From the sequence record OR413578.1: 64,000 bases of DNA. One strand, given 5' to 3'. Positions 1 to 9,077 of the stretch are shown here, piece after piece. Each line of letters begins with the position of its first letter. Position 1 is the stretch's first letter. Made by a program: the position numbers and the translations under genes. The notes beneath the pieces are model-generated. The model was given only the letters and a program-made list of their open reading frames with translations, searched no databases and had not been told where the DNA came from.

Positions 1-153
1 CCGATATACCGTATGTCGGACACGAGTCAAGAGGGCACCTGGAAACCTCCAGAGAGTTCTATCAGCGATTGTATGGCGCGATGGAGGAGTCCGCACCCAT
101 CGACTACGACGTACCACCTGAACTGTTATTAATCGACCATGAAGGAGAAGCCG

Positions 154-459
154 GTGTCTATTTCATTACGGGGACTGACTATTCACGAGATTCAGAAATA
201 TTTACTCGAGGGCGGGAAACTGACTGACGACTATCAAACCGCAGATATGTTGCTACAGTCATTTGTACCGTTACGTGCTGAGTATTACGAAATCGCGTTC
301 CTGGGCGATGAATATTGTGTCCGCACGCAAGGGCGTGAATACGAAGCAGTTCGCGTACCGCGCACACTCGGCGGGGTGATGATACTTATCGCTAATATCG
401 AAGCACTCAATGCGAAATGTGCGTTATACATCGCACAGGGAGGTCGCAATGGATTTTAA
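154..459 (+). CDS. hypothetical protein
   Basis: Track ORF 139..459; GTG at 154 follows AAGGAG (142-147) and a TAATCGACCAT leader motif. Confidence 0.6.
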   Translation: MSISLRGLTIHEIQKYLLEGGKLTDDYQTADMLLQSFVPLRAEYYEIAFLGDEYCVRTQGREYEAVRVPRTLGGVMILIANIEALNAKCALYIAQGGRNGF

Positions 460-607
460 GTGGGAACCATTATCGTTAGCAGAAGTTCGTAACAGAATCG
501 ATAGAGCTATTGCAAGGAGAAAACATGTTCGGCCTGTTTCAGGAGAAAAAACAGTTGCGTCGCCAATTAGAAATACTGGAATTGGAACTCAGCCTATCAA
601 AGACTGA
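449..607 (+). CDS. small hypothetical protein (52 aa)
   Basis: ATG 449 after GGGAGG (438-443); overlaps the next gene by 83 nt. Confidence 0.45.
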   Translation: MDFKWEPLSLAEVRNRIDRAIARRKHVRPVSGEKTVASPIRNTGIGTQPIKD

Positions 608-926
608 GTTGGAAATTTCGAAAGAAGCGTGGAAAAGAAATCTTGATGAATCTTTCGAAGAACGCCGTAAGCTTACACGACTACTTTCTGAGGAACAGTC
701 TAAGAACCGGAAACTCGAAGATGAGCTACGGGATGCCCGACGAGATGCGGATCTGCGTGACAAGATGTTAGGACGGAACCTGGGTGCCCTAATCTATTTC
801 ATAGAGCAACGTTGGGAACCAAAAACACTCCTTGAGTTGCTCTATGAAAAACTCTCCTGTGTAGGTAAACGTTCTGCGGCCATCGAGTATTTCCGTAGTC
901 ACGGTTTCGAGGTAAAAGATGAGTAA
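525..926 (+). CDS. coiled-coil hypothetical protein
   Basis: ATG 525 after AAGGAG (514-519); L/E/K/R-rich heptad pattern. Confidence 0.7.
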   Translation: MFGLFQEKKQLRRQLEILELELSLSKTELEISKEAWKRNLDESFEERRKLTRLLSEEQSKNRKLEDELRDARRDADLRDKMLGRNLGALIYFIEQRWEPKTLLELLYEKLSCVGKRSAAIEYFRSHGFEVKDE

Positions 927-1003
927 ATTAGAGGTTGGCAGGCTGTTCGTTAATCCTTAAAAGCAACAGTTTCAAATTAGTTACGACCATAAGGAGTATT
1001 AAA

Positions 1004-1444
1004 ATGTTAAAGCCACGCAAACAGAAAAGATTACAGTTTGTCAAAATAGTACATCCACAGTCCCGTCGTGTTACAGGTGGACGTCTCTACGTGGGTAAAC
1101 ACCGTAGTCGTCTTATCACCTGGTCGGCAATGGCCAACGTAGCCACCCAACTCCAGGCAATGGTTGAAGACCGTTGCCAGTTAAAAGGGGATTTCTTTCA
1201 AGAGAAGAAACCCTATCGTGATATCTTCCGTACACTAAAAGCGTGCTGGGTACTCAGCTGGGTGCCTGGCCGCGAACAACTTTATTTTCTGCGTAAGTTC
1301 CCACGCCCTATGCCGAAGGAAAACATTAGCGTTTTCTTAGACAAACTAAAACGCTTTAATGACATCGGCATTAACGCTAATAAAGAGCAAGTTTCTGCTA
1401 CAGTAGCAGCCCGGAAACTCTTACGCGATTACGTGGCCGATTGA
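1004..1444 (+). CDS. basic hypothetical protein
   Basis: ATG 1004 after AAGGAG (991-996), within track ORF 935..1444; followed by a terminator. Confidence 0.7.
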   Translation: MLKPRKQKRLQFVKIVHPQSRRVTGGRLYVGKHRSRLITWSAMANVATQLQAMVEDRCQLKGDFFQEKKPYRDIFRTLKACWVLSWVPGREQLYFLRKFPRPMPKENISVFLDKLKRFNDIGINANKEQVSATVAARKLLRDYVAD

Positions 1445-1484
1445 CTTGAGAGGCACTTATCCCAAAAGAGGTCAATAAAGCAGC

Positions 1485-1521
1485 ACCCTACTCCTTCGGG
1501 AGTAGGGTTTCTTCTTTTTTT
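1485..1521 (+). terminator. intrinsic terminator
   Basis: ACCCTACTCC-TTCG-GGAGTAGGGT followed by a T-tract. Confidence 0.9.
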
Positions 1522-1545
1522 GTCTAGTCCGATTACAATTATTTT

Positions 1546-1584
1546 CAGATATATATTACTTAGGTGAGAGTTAACCATTAACTC
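1546..1584 (+). promoter_or_regulatory. phage early promoter (TATATTAC type) plus 5' hairpin
   Basis: CAGATATATATTACTTAGGTGAGAGTTAA is 28/29 identical to 53166-53194; TATATTAC is the known phiKZ early-promoter core; GAGTTAA-cca-TTAACTC hairpin follows. Confidence 0.75.
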
Positions 1585-1619
1585 TTATCTAATCGACCAT
1601 TATCTTAAGGAGTTTTAAC

Positions 1620-2066
1620 ATGTACATTCTGAATAACGAACTTACTAAGTACGCTAGCAAAAACCCGATTATGATTTCTTTCCTAATCGTGATGGCGGCC
1701 AACAAACAAGACCCTAGCGAATTCACTACTGAGGTCTTCGAAGAGATTATCGCTAACGCCAAAGAAGCCACGTTCCAGACCACAGAGCCTACTCGCGACG
1801 AGTTCCCCCTAGGTGAAGCCGGCGATGTAATGTTTAACGACATGGTTGCTTCGTACTACATCAATAGACGTGGTATGGAAATCGAATACGATGAACTTCC
1901 TACTAGCAGCTTTGCTGAAATGATTCGTGATTATCGTCGTCAAGTTGTCTCTGACGATATCGTAAAGAAATACATGGCACAAATCAGCCCATTCAGTCTT
2001 GAATTCGAAAACCGCGCGGTTGCCTTAGCAACACATCGCCTGCGTTTAGAAAAAGAAGTACACTAA
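1620..2066 (+). CDS. hypothetical early protein
   Basis: ORF track; AAGGAG RBS; directly behind the early promoter. Confidence 0.8.
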   Translation: MYILNNELTKYASKNPIMISFLIVMAANKQDPSEFTTEVFEEIIANAKEATFQTTEPTRDEFPLGEAGDVMFNDMVASYYINRRGMEIEYDELPTSSFAEMIRDYRRQVVSDDIVKKYMAQISPFSLEFENRAVALATHRLRLEKEVH

Positions 2067-2127
2067 TAATAACCCGGCGGGCAAAGTCCCGCCAATCAAC
2101 CTGCAATCTACAAAAAAGGAATATCCC

Positions 2128-2346
2128 ATGCGCAACCTCTTCTCCAAATCTGAAATCAAACCTGTTGTTGAAACCACCGCCAAACGTAAGCCTGACATGA
2201 TTGACCTGCTGCTGAAAATGTCTGCAGCAGAAGCCAAAGCTTTCATGAAAACAATGAAAGACGGCGATAAAATGATTGACAATGTTGAAGTAACCTACGG
2301 TGTTAAAGACCGCCCAAAGAATAACGGCCTTGTGTGGGTCTGTTAA
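2128..2346 (+). CDS. small hypothetical protein
   Basis: ORF track; AAAGGA RBS. Confidence 0.65.
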   Translation: MRNLFSKSEIKPVVETTAKRKPDMIDLLLKMSAAEAKAFMKTMKDGDKMIDNVEVTYGVKDRPKNNGLVWVC

Positions 2347-2367
2347 TCGACGATTGAGGATAAAGTC

Positions 2368-2799
2368 GTGAACGTAATCAAAAAGCTGAACGGCGATACT
2401 TTCCATGCTCTGATGCCGAAGGGTGCACGTATTCGGATAAACAACAAAAACAAACCCTATAAGACGGACTACACGTTCGACACCACTGACCACGCATTCG
2501 GTATCTGCGACGAAGGGACGAACGATGTCAAATGGATTATCGTGGTATACGAAACGTCTAGTGGGTATAAGTTCTGGGATGCCTATGAACTGCAGAAGGG
2601 CTATTGGTGGTATGTCAGTTGGGAAGCTTTCAATGACAAGGTATCTTATTCGTGGAACGACTTCCCGCACTTTTGCTGGGATAGTTGGTTTCATGATTGC
2701 GGGGATAAGATTTCTGATCTTGTCCAGGAGCTCTACAAACACTACAAAGAACACAATGGAAACTTCGTCTATCCTGAATGGGAACTGCCGAAGTCGTGA
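2368..2799 (+). CDS. hypothetical protein (W/Y-rich)
   Basis: ORF track; GAGGA RBS; followed by a terminator. Confidence 0.75.
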   Translation: MNVIKKLNGDTFHALMPKGARIRINNKNKPYKTDYTFDTTDHAFGICDEGTNDVKWIIVVYETSSGYKFWDAYELQKGYWWYVSWEAFNDKVSYSWNDFPHFCWDSWFHDCGDKISDLVQELYKHYKEHNGNFVYPEWELPKS

Positions 2800-2805
2800 A
2801 GAAAA

Positions 2806-2850
2806 GGGAGCTTCGGCTCCCCTTCTTTTTTGTTTCCTTTTCTTTTTTTG
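2806..2850 (+). terminator. intrinsic terminator
   Basis: GGGAGC-TTCG-GCTCCC followed by a long T-rich tract. Confidence 0.9.
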
Positions 2851-2887
2851 TTTGCTCTTGTTCGGATTCTGGTACGCACTACGCTTT

Positions 2888-2894
2888 TAATATG
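2888..2894 (+). promoter_or_regulatory. candidate late promoter (TAnTATG)
   Basis: TAATATG between the terminator and the first structural gene; phiKZ late promoters have a TATG core. Confidence 0.35.
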
Positions 2895-2952
2895 CTGGCA
2901 GGGGGTCTAAAAATCTTACGACCTCAATAATCCCTTAACTCGAGTTAACGCG

Positions 2953-3750
2953 ATGTCTTTTACTTCAAAACAGAATCTGCTAAAACTCATCAACGAAGAG
3001 AATAAGATAAGCCCACCGCTTACCTTTGACGATGTTGATATCGGACTGCCGGAGGTTGTGTCAGTAGACGGTCGTGATTCGGAGGTAGTCCTTACCTCAA
3101 AAATGCGCGGTGATGAAGGTACGCAAGTGATTGTGGACTACCATCGTCGTCCATTAGAGGACTACCTTAAAGGCGATGTTGCCTTTGGAGACGAGGACGT
3201 GCAAACCACGCACGACTTACTCGCGGCGATTAACGAGCGTTTTAATCTGTCTATCTTACCTGAGGATATCGAAGATAACCCCATTGATGGACAGACGCAC
3301 ACAGTCGTTGCTGTTGAAACTTCCCACGAGTGGCGAAGTCAAGCGGTCATCGAGCTGAAACCTGCTACACCTCTGGCAGAAGTAGTAACCAATACAGAGT
3401 TGAGCGGTCTTCTGTACCCGGATCACCAGGACATCCAGTTGGGTCAGGCGTATATCTATTCGCGTGACATCGATTGTAGCCACATCTCTCGTTTCCTGAG
3501 CCTCTTAGCGGTCGGTATCGAGGTAGATGACACGGCGTTGGCAATCGAACTCAACAAATGTGTTCCTGAGATTTGGGTAGCTGAAGATACCCCATCCCCG
3601 TATAACCTGCGTGGTGCCACTGTCGTATTCGACGGCGTACCTGCAGACTTGCCGGGAGCAAATACGGCGTTCGCGAAAGTCGTGTCAGTGCAACTGACCG
3701 ATAAATGTACGAACTTCCAGGGCAGCCTCAACCTACACTTTAACAACTAG
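2953..3750 (+). CDS. virion structural/fibre paralog, family I (1 of 7)
   Basis: N-domain GRDSEVVL..DYHRRPL, linker LAEVVTNTELSGLLYP, C-end GSLNLHFNN shared with its neighbours. Confidence 0.75.
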   Translation: MSFTSKQNLLKLINEENKISPPLTFDDVDIGLPEVVSVDGRDSEVVLTSKMRGDEGTQVIVDYHRRPLEDYLKGDVAFGDEDVQTTHDLLAAINERFNLSILPEDIEDNPIDGQTHTVVAVETSHEWRSQAVIELKPATPLAEVVTNTELSGLLYPDHQDIQLGQAYIYSRDIDCSHISRFLSLLAVGIEVDDTALAIELNKCVPEIWVAEDTPSPYNLRGATVVFDGVPADLPGANTAFAKVVSVQLTDKCTNFQGSLNLHFNN

Positions 3751-3760
3751 GAGGGTATAG

Positions 3761-4603
3761 GTGTCTATTTACGATAAGCCCTCGAAAGAGATGTTGTTAG
3801 ATGCTATTAACCGACAGAATGGATTAACGGCCAATCCACTCACATGGGAGCAGGTTGCAACCGGCTTCCCTGAGTCTGTCCAAACGCCTGGCGCTGACCG
3901 GAATACGCGTGTGCTCTTATACGGGTTGAACGGCAAGGGCTACAAAGGCAACGTTACGCTCGAATACGACCGTATCGAAATGGAAATTCTGTTCAGGAAC
4001 GTAATACCGGTAGTCGTTGCCGACCCGGTAAATAAACTCTCTGAGTTGTTGCCGTTTCTGAATGCGAAATACGGCTTGTCTTTAGTTGCCGACGATATCG
4101 TTGACCAGTCAGTAAAAGATTTGGGAGAAAGCTGGTTAATCGATGTGACTGTTAAGCCTGGTTGCTTGGCCTGGCAAGGTGGTTTCCGTTTACGCTTTGC
4201 GAAGTTCTTCCCGAACTTGGCGGACGTGGTGACGGATGTTGACCTCAGCGCAATTATCGCGCCGTTCGTGGTTGCTAGTAAACCACAGGCTGAGTATGTG
4301 GCGTATGGTTACGATTGGACTGAACTGCAAAAACAGTTCACTACCGATTGGGCTTACAACCGCGCAATCACCGCGGCGGATGTTGAATTGCTTAACGAAG
4401 TGGTGCCATTAAAGTTTGCATATGTGACGGGGGCGACTGCGCAACCTGAACAAATTGCGCTTCAAGGTGCACGATATATGGGGATAACTTCAGTCACACC
4501 GAACGATAGTTACAACCCCGATTATCAGCGTGTGGCGATTATCAAGCTAGCTGCGGACAGCAACTACGCCGGTAATCTCATCCTTCACTATCTCCCGATA
4601 TAA
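3761..4603 (+). CDS. virion structural/fibre paralog, family I (2 of 7)
   Basis: DRNT..G.GYKG..EYDR motif; C-end GNLILHY. Confidence 0.75.
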   Translation: MSIYDKPSKEMLLDAINRQNGLTANPLTWEQVATGFPESVQTPGADRNTRVLLYGLNGKGYKGNVTLEYDRIEMEILFRNVIPVVVADPVNKLSELLPFLNAKYGLSLVADDIVDQSVKDLGESWLIDVTVKPGCLAWQGGFRLRFAKFFPNLADVVTDVDLSAIIAPFVVASKPQAEYVAYGYDWTELQKQFTTDWAYNRAITAADVELLNEVVPLKFAYVTGATAQPEQIALQGARYMGITSVTPNDSYNPDYQRVAIIKLAADSNYAGNLILHYLPI

Positions 4604-4613
4604 GGATTTTGAC

Positions 4614-5459
4614 ATGCCACTTTTAGCCACTGCTGAAAAGATTATTATCGCGGAGGTTAACGTCGAAAACAATCTCGATTTAAAAGTCGAAGATGTGGTT
4701 TTCGGCGTCCCTGCGATTCCGACGTCTGACGAAGACCTGGCAAAAGCCAATGGTCATAACGCGATGGTGCGCATTCAGGCATTGGCCACCGCTAATGCTA
4801 TCGGTGCCACTACCGTGTATTACGATCGTGTTGACTTCGCAGACATGTTTACCGACCCAGACGGGATTCAACCTCTACGTGTTCCTGCACGTCTCGACGC
4901 TGTTTACCAGATGCATGACGTGGTCGGGTTAATTAACCAGTATTACGGTCTCAGCCTTAAACCTGCAGATGTGGTGAATACCGAAATCGACAGGAAGACA
5001 TGGCGTGTGGATCTGGTTGCCACGCCCACTTCTTTAGGTTGGATAGGGCAACAACAGGTACAGCTGTTACCAGGCGATGCCTTGCTTCCTGCAAACTTCG
5101 AACCGTTAACAGTGACACCTTACGAGTACCCGTATTTCAACATCAAGGTCGGTCAAGGTGCAGTTTATTCGTATCCCTGGCGCTTTGATAATTTCGCGGA
5201 GGAATTTCAACGACTAGGTGCTGCGATAACCGCAGAACGTCTGGCACAGATTCTCAAAACGGTCACCGGTGATAACTGGACAACGTACCGTAACCCTATC
5301 GACTTTAACCTTCGTGAAGCCGTCGTCGTCTATAACGGGCGTAACAAAGCGGAATTACCAACCAACCCAGCAGTCGACAACGTGCTGATTGTGGAGCTGT
5401 CGTTGTACTGTCTGAATTTTGGCGGGCGTTTGTATTTGCATTACAACGACCCTGATTAA
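4614..5459 (+). CDS. virion structural/fibre paralog, family I (3 of 7)
   Basis: VYYDRVDF motif; C-end GRLYLHYN. Confidence 0.75.
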   Translation: MPLLATAEKIIIAEVNVENNLDLKVEDVVFGVPAIPTSDEDLAKANGHNAMVRIQALATANAIGATTVYYDRVDFADMFTDPDGIQPLRVPARLDAVYQMHDVVGLINQYYGLSLKPADVVNTEIDRKTWRVDLVATPTSLGWIGQQQVQLLPGDALLPANFEPLTVTPYEYPYFNIKVGQGAVYSYPWRFDNFAEEFQRLGAAITAERLAQILKTVTGDNWTTYRNPIDFNLREAVVVYNGRNKAELPTNPAVDNVLIVELSLYCLNFGGRLYLHYNDPD

Positions 5460-5480
5460 TCCTGAGTAAAGGAAGTAAGA

Positions 5481-6392
5481 ATGAAACCTTTAAACAAAAC
5501 GTCCGATCAGCTGGTTCTGGATTTTATTAATGAGAAAAACCCAGACGCAGAACTGGAACTTTCTAAAATAACGCTCGGCACACCGACCCCTATTAGCGAC
5601 GAAGGTGCCGATCGCAATACCAGCATGACCCTGACTGCGAAAAAGAACTCCGGGTACATCGGTACTCAGGACGTGACTTATAATCGCCTGGAAGGCGGTG
5701 CGCTGTTCCGTAATGTAACCGCATATCTCGACGTTAAACTGCCGAAAACCACCACCGACCTGCTGACGACCCTGAACACCCAATACGGATTGAAGCTGAC
5801 CGAAGACGATATCGTTCCGGCGGCTATTCCGGAAAATACCAACCCGCCGCTGACTAACCCGAACGATCCGGACCCAGCACCGGTTGACCACGTCATTACC
5901 TTCAAAGAAGACTGCTACGCTTATCTGGGCAGCATCCCGGTTAAAATCGGTGCTAAGCCTCAGGTTGGTGAACGTCTGAGTCTGGTGGTAACACAAACCA
6001 AGCTCGACGGCCTGGTTTACCCAGATGGTCCAAGCGCTGCGAAGGGTCAGGGTTACATCTACTCTTACGGTGTAGACTGCACAGCAATCGCAGCATTCCT
6101 GAAAGTACAGACGAAAGGTGTTATCGCTGGCGACTCTGCATTCCCGGTTGAGCTGAATAAAGTTGTGCCGGAACTGTGGGTTGCATCTGATGAGCCTGCG
6201 GATTATAACCTGAAAGGTGCTAACGTGTTGTATGTTGGTTCTACTGCTGACGATGGCACTGCTTCAGGCGACGAACCTAAGAAACCGGTTGAAGGTGCAA
6301 ACACTGCTTACAACCAGGTTCTGCTGCTGCAGCTGGATGACACTCTGTGCACCAACTTCCAGGGCATCATGTACCTGCACTTTAATGCCTAA
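5481..6392 (+). CDS. virion structural/fibre paralog, family I (4 of 7)
   Basis: DRNT..SGYIG..TYNRL; VVTQTKLDGLVYP; C-end CTNFQGIMYLHFN; closest to gene 2953. Confidence 0.75.
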   Translation: MKPLNKTSDQLVLDFINEKNPDAELELSKITLGTPTPISDEGADRNTSMTLTAKKNSGYIGTQDVTYNRLEGGALFRNVTAYLDVKLPKTTTDLLTTLNTQYGLKLTEDDIVPAAIPENTNPPLTNPNDPDPAPVDHVITFKEDCYAYLGSIPVKIGAKPQVGERLSLVVTQTKLDGLVYPDGPSAAKGQGYIYSYGVDCTAIAAFLKVQTKGVIAGDSAFPVELNKVVPELWVASDEPADYNLKGANVLYVGSTADDGTASGDEPKKPVEGANTAYNQVLLLQLDDTLCTNFQGIMYLHFNA

Positions 6393-6404
6393 TTAGGCCT
6401 CGCT

Positions 6405-6445
6405 GGGAGGAGGAAATCCTCCTCCCGGCTACTCCTTTCTTTTTT
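6405..6445 (+). terminator. intrinsic terminator
   Basis: GGGAGGAGG-AAAT-CCTCCTCCC followed by a T-rich tract. Confidence 0.75.
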
Positions 6446-6461
6446 GGCCGAGGAGGCTATT

Positions 6462-7301
6462 ATGGCTTTATATAGTCTGTCTCAGCGACAATATCTGTAC
6501 GATGCGATTAATGCCGAAAACCCGGATGCTGTGCTACCGATGGGTTTAGACAATGCTATCATCGGTACGCCGAAAGCAATCACACCGACAGCAAGCGGTG
6601 CCAATACTGAGATTATCATTCGTGGTCGTCAAGGTCGTGGCTATATCGGTCCCCAGACGTTCCGTTATAAGCGCTTGTCGCTGAACGACTTATTTAAGAA
6701 CATGACACCTCAGGTAACTGCACCGAATGCCTACGGTTGGTTGAACGTGGAGTCGAAACGTACTGCGTTTGCGCAGAACCTGAACGGTCGTTATGGGTTA
6801 AACCTGGTCGCAGATGATATCCCGGAACAATACGTTTATCTGAACGTAAACAACACGATGCGTATTAATGCTAGCTGCATTCAATACACCGGCAGTATCA
6901 CCTTTATGTCTATCCGGGGTAAGAATAACCTCGAAGACTTGGTGGTAAACGACATCTTGTTGGCTTTGAACCACCCTGCAGCAGCAAGCACTGGTAAGAA
7001 ATACATGGGCTTCTTGACGTACGGGGAAGACTTTACCGATGAAGTGCAGGTTATGGCCTCGTTTAAGAACGGGCGAATGGATGTAGGAAGTAACTTTGAT
7101 TTGGGTTACACGTCCAATCTGATGGCCACATTGGTCGCACGTGGGGTACCGTCGTTTGATCCGACGAACTGCACAATTACCCGCTACAAAACGAGTGAGT
7201 TGGCGACCGCCAATAAAGCGTACGATAACGTATTGCTGATTACCGGCATTCAGAACGACCCGAAAGTAATCGGCGAGTGTATGTTGCACTACAACAACTA
7301 G
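6462..7301 (+). CDS. virion structural/fibre paralog, family I (5 of 7)
   Basis: ATG 6462 after AGGAGG; ANT..GRGYIG..RYKRL; C-end MLHYNN. Confidence 0.75.
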   Translation: MALYSLSQRQYLYDAINAENPDAVLPMGLDNAIIGTPKAITPTASGANTEIIIRGRQGRGYIGPQTFRYKRLSLNDLFKNMTPQVTAPNAYGWLNVESKRTAFAQNLNGRYGLNLVADDIPEQYVYLNVNNTMRINASCIQYTGSITFMSIRGKNNLEDLVVNDILLALNHPAAASTGKKYMGFLTYGEDFTDEVQVMASFKNGRMDVGSNFDLGYTSNLMATLVARGVPSFDPTNCTITRYKTSELATANKAYDNVLLITGIQNDPKVIGECMLHYNN

Positions 7302-7311
7302 GAATTAGCGA

Positions 7312-8199
7312 ATGGCTATTTATCAACCTTCTAAAGACGTCCTGTTGGCAGCAGTGAACGCACAGAACTCGCTTGCTGTTAAGATGACTGACATCATCTG
7401 GTCCTCGCCAAAGGACATCCGTGGTACGGAAAAGGAAACGCTGACTAACCGTAACACGCAAATTAAAATTACGGCAGATGGGGTAACGGGCTCTACCTGG
7501 TCGGGTAAGAAAAATGTCTTCTACAACCGCATGAAAGTCGAAGACTTGTTAGTGCTGATTGGTGACACATTGGCGATCGGCCCATCCAACGAAACCTTGT
7601 ATGCGGCCATTCCTGGACTGAACCAACGTTACGGTTTTGTTCTGGAAGAAGCTGACCTGCAGGACGCAGATATCGAATGGAACGGTGATAAGACCGAAGG
7701 TACTGTGCGTGTTGTTGCACATCCAGAGTCTATCGGTTGGGTTGGACAGGCGACATTTAAAGTCGTGAAAGGCGATGAGTCGTTAGTCTCTGCAGTCACC
7801 ACTAACGTCCTGACCGGTCTGAAATACCCGAACGGTCAGATGGGTTCCGAAAATGTTACTGCGGTCATTGCAGAGGTTTATTCCTACCCGTACAACTTCA
7901 CCAAATACCGTGATGAGTTGCTGGCATACAAGCCGGGTATTCTGTCCGGACAGCCGTTGACGGATATGGTTAACCTGCTGAAAGATATTACGGGTACTGC
8001 ATGGGTAGCGACCACCTCCGCTTCCTACGGTTTGGCGGGCGCGGAGGTTATCAGCGTTGGTCTGAATGACCCTGTTGCAATGCCGACAAACGCGAAGTAC
8101 AAGTATGCGCTGGTGTTGAAACTGCCTGTTACCTGTACCACCATCGTCGGAACGTTGTATCTCCAGTTCAACGATCTGGACGATCCAAGCGAGGTATAA
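7312..8199 (+). CDS. virion structural/fibre paralog, family I (6 of 7)
   Basis: NRNT..WSG..FYNRM; VTTNVLTGLKYP; C-end GTLYLQFN. Confidence 0.75.
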   Translation: MAIYQPSKDVLLAAVNAQNSLAVKMTDIIWSSPKDIRGTEKETLTNRNTQIKITADGVTGSTWSGKKNVFYNRMKVEDLLVLIGDTLAIGPSNETLYAAIPGLNQRYGFVLEEADLQDADIEWNGDKTEGTVRVVAHPESIGWVGQATFKVVKGDESLVSAVTTNVLTGLKYPNGQMGSENVTAVIAEVYSYPYNFTKYRDELLAYKPGILSGQPLTDMVNLLKDITGTAWVATTSASYGLAGAEVISVGLNDPVAMPTNAKYKYALVLKLPVTCTTIVGTLYLQFNDLDDPSEV

Positions 8200-8202
8200 T
8201 TG

Positions 8203-9030
8203 ATGATCAACTATGCTAAGCCGTCAAACGAGTTGGTCTTTGACCTCATTAACCGGGATAACCCAAACCTGCCTATTAAAGCGTCGCCGGCAAACTGCTA
8301 CGTGGAGAAAGTGACACAGGTTCCCGTTAATGCAGCTTCCAACAACCGCAATACGTCGGCACGCTTGCGCGGTATTCAGGGTTCTGGATTTCGAGACGCA
8401 ATCACCGTTTACTACGACCGTGTGAACTTAGCGCGGTTATTGCCGTGGGGGCCTTCCGTCCAGGCGCAGTTCGTCACGTTTGACGCACCCAACCTCCACT
8501 CAGCCTTTTCGGTGCTCTTGGATACCTACGGAGTAAACTTCTCCGCAATCGATATCCAAAACTACTCACTGTTTGGTGCCAATACCCCAAATTACACCAA
8601 TACACAGACCATTGCAGCGCTATCGACATCTCCGGCTTATATCGGTTCTGCGACGTTGCGTTATAACCGTGGTTTACCGGTACTAGACACTTCGGTGAAA
8701 TCGGATGTCTTGAATGCGATTCAAGAGCCTATTTCACCGTCTCTCGGTAAGAAGTGCATCGACCTGTTGACGTACGGTATTGACTTTACCGCGTATAAAA
8801 ACCTACTGGCAGTAGATGCTTCTGGCCTACCGCAGTGGGCTGGTTTGCGTAAGGTGTTGGATGACCTGGGTATTCCGAACTACGCGGGGCCACTGAACAG
8901 TAACACCGTTCAGGATGTGCCGACATCCACCGCTCAGTTCGCTAACAAATCGTACGACCGTGTGGTTATCCAAACGGGTATTGATGAAGACGGCGTGAAA
9001 GGTGTGGCGTACTACCACTATAACAGCTAA
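8203..9030 (+). CDS. virion structural/fibre paralog, family I (7 of 7)
   Basis: NRNT..GSGFRD..VYYDRVNL; C-end GVAYYHYNS; closest to gene 6462. Confidence 0.75.
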   Translation: MINYAKPSNELVFDLINRDNPNLPIKASPANCYVEKVTQVPVNAASNNRNTSARLRGIQGSGFRDAITVYYDRVNLARLLPWGPSVQAQFVTFDAPNLHSAFSVLLDTYGVNFSAIDIQNYSLFGANTPNYTNTQTIAALSTSPAYIGSATLRYNRGLPVLDTSVKSDVLNAIQEPISPSLGKKCIDLLTYGIDFTAYKNLLAVDASGLPQWAGLRKVLDDLGIPNYAGPLNSNTVQDVPTSTAQFANKSYDRVVIQTGIDEDGVKGVAYYHYNS

Positions 9031-9035
9031 GTGTA

Positions 9036-9060
9036 GGGGCTCTTCGGAGCCCCATCTTTT
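9036..9060 (+). terminator. intrinsic terminator
   Basis: GGGGCTC-TTCG-GAGCCCC-ATCTTTT. Confidence 0.85.
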
Positions 9061-9077
9061 GGCGATGCGGAGTCCCT

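Noticed and set aside
1-227. Open frame from the window start to 227
   Set aside because: All three plus frames are open for over 100 nt and the start lies outside the window, so the real upstream gene cannot be determined.
2076-2093. GGCGGG/CCCGCC hairpin
   Set aside because: No U-tract on the plus strand and a short stem; not called a terminator.
1993-2754. 253-aa minus-strand ORF
   Set aside because: It is antisense to plus-strand genes that have RBSs and a terminator; no motif.
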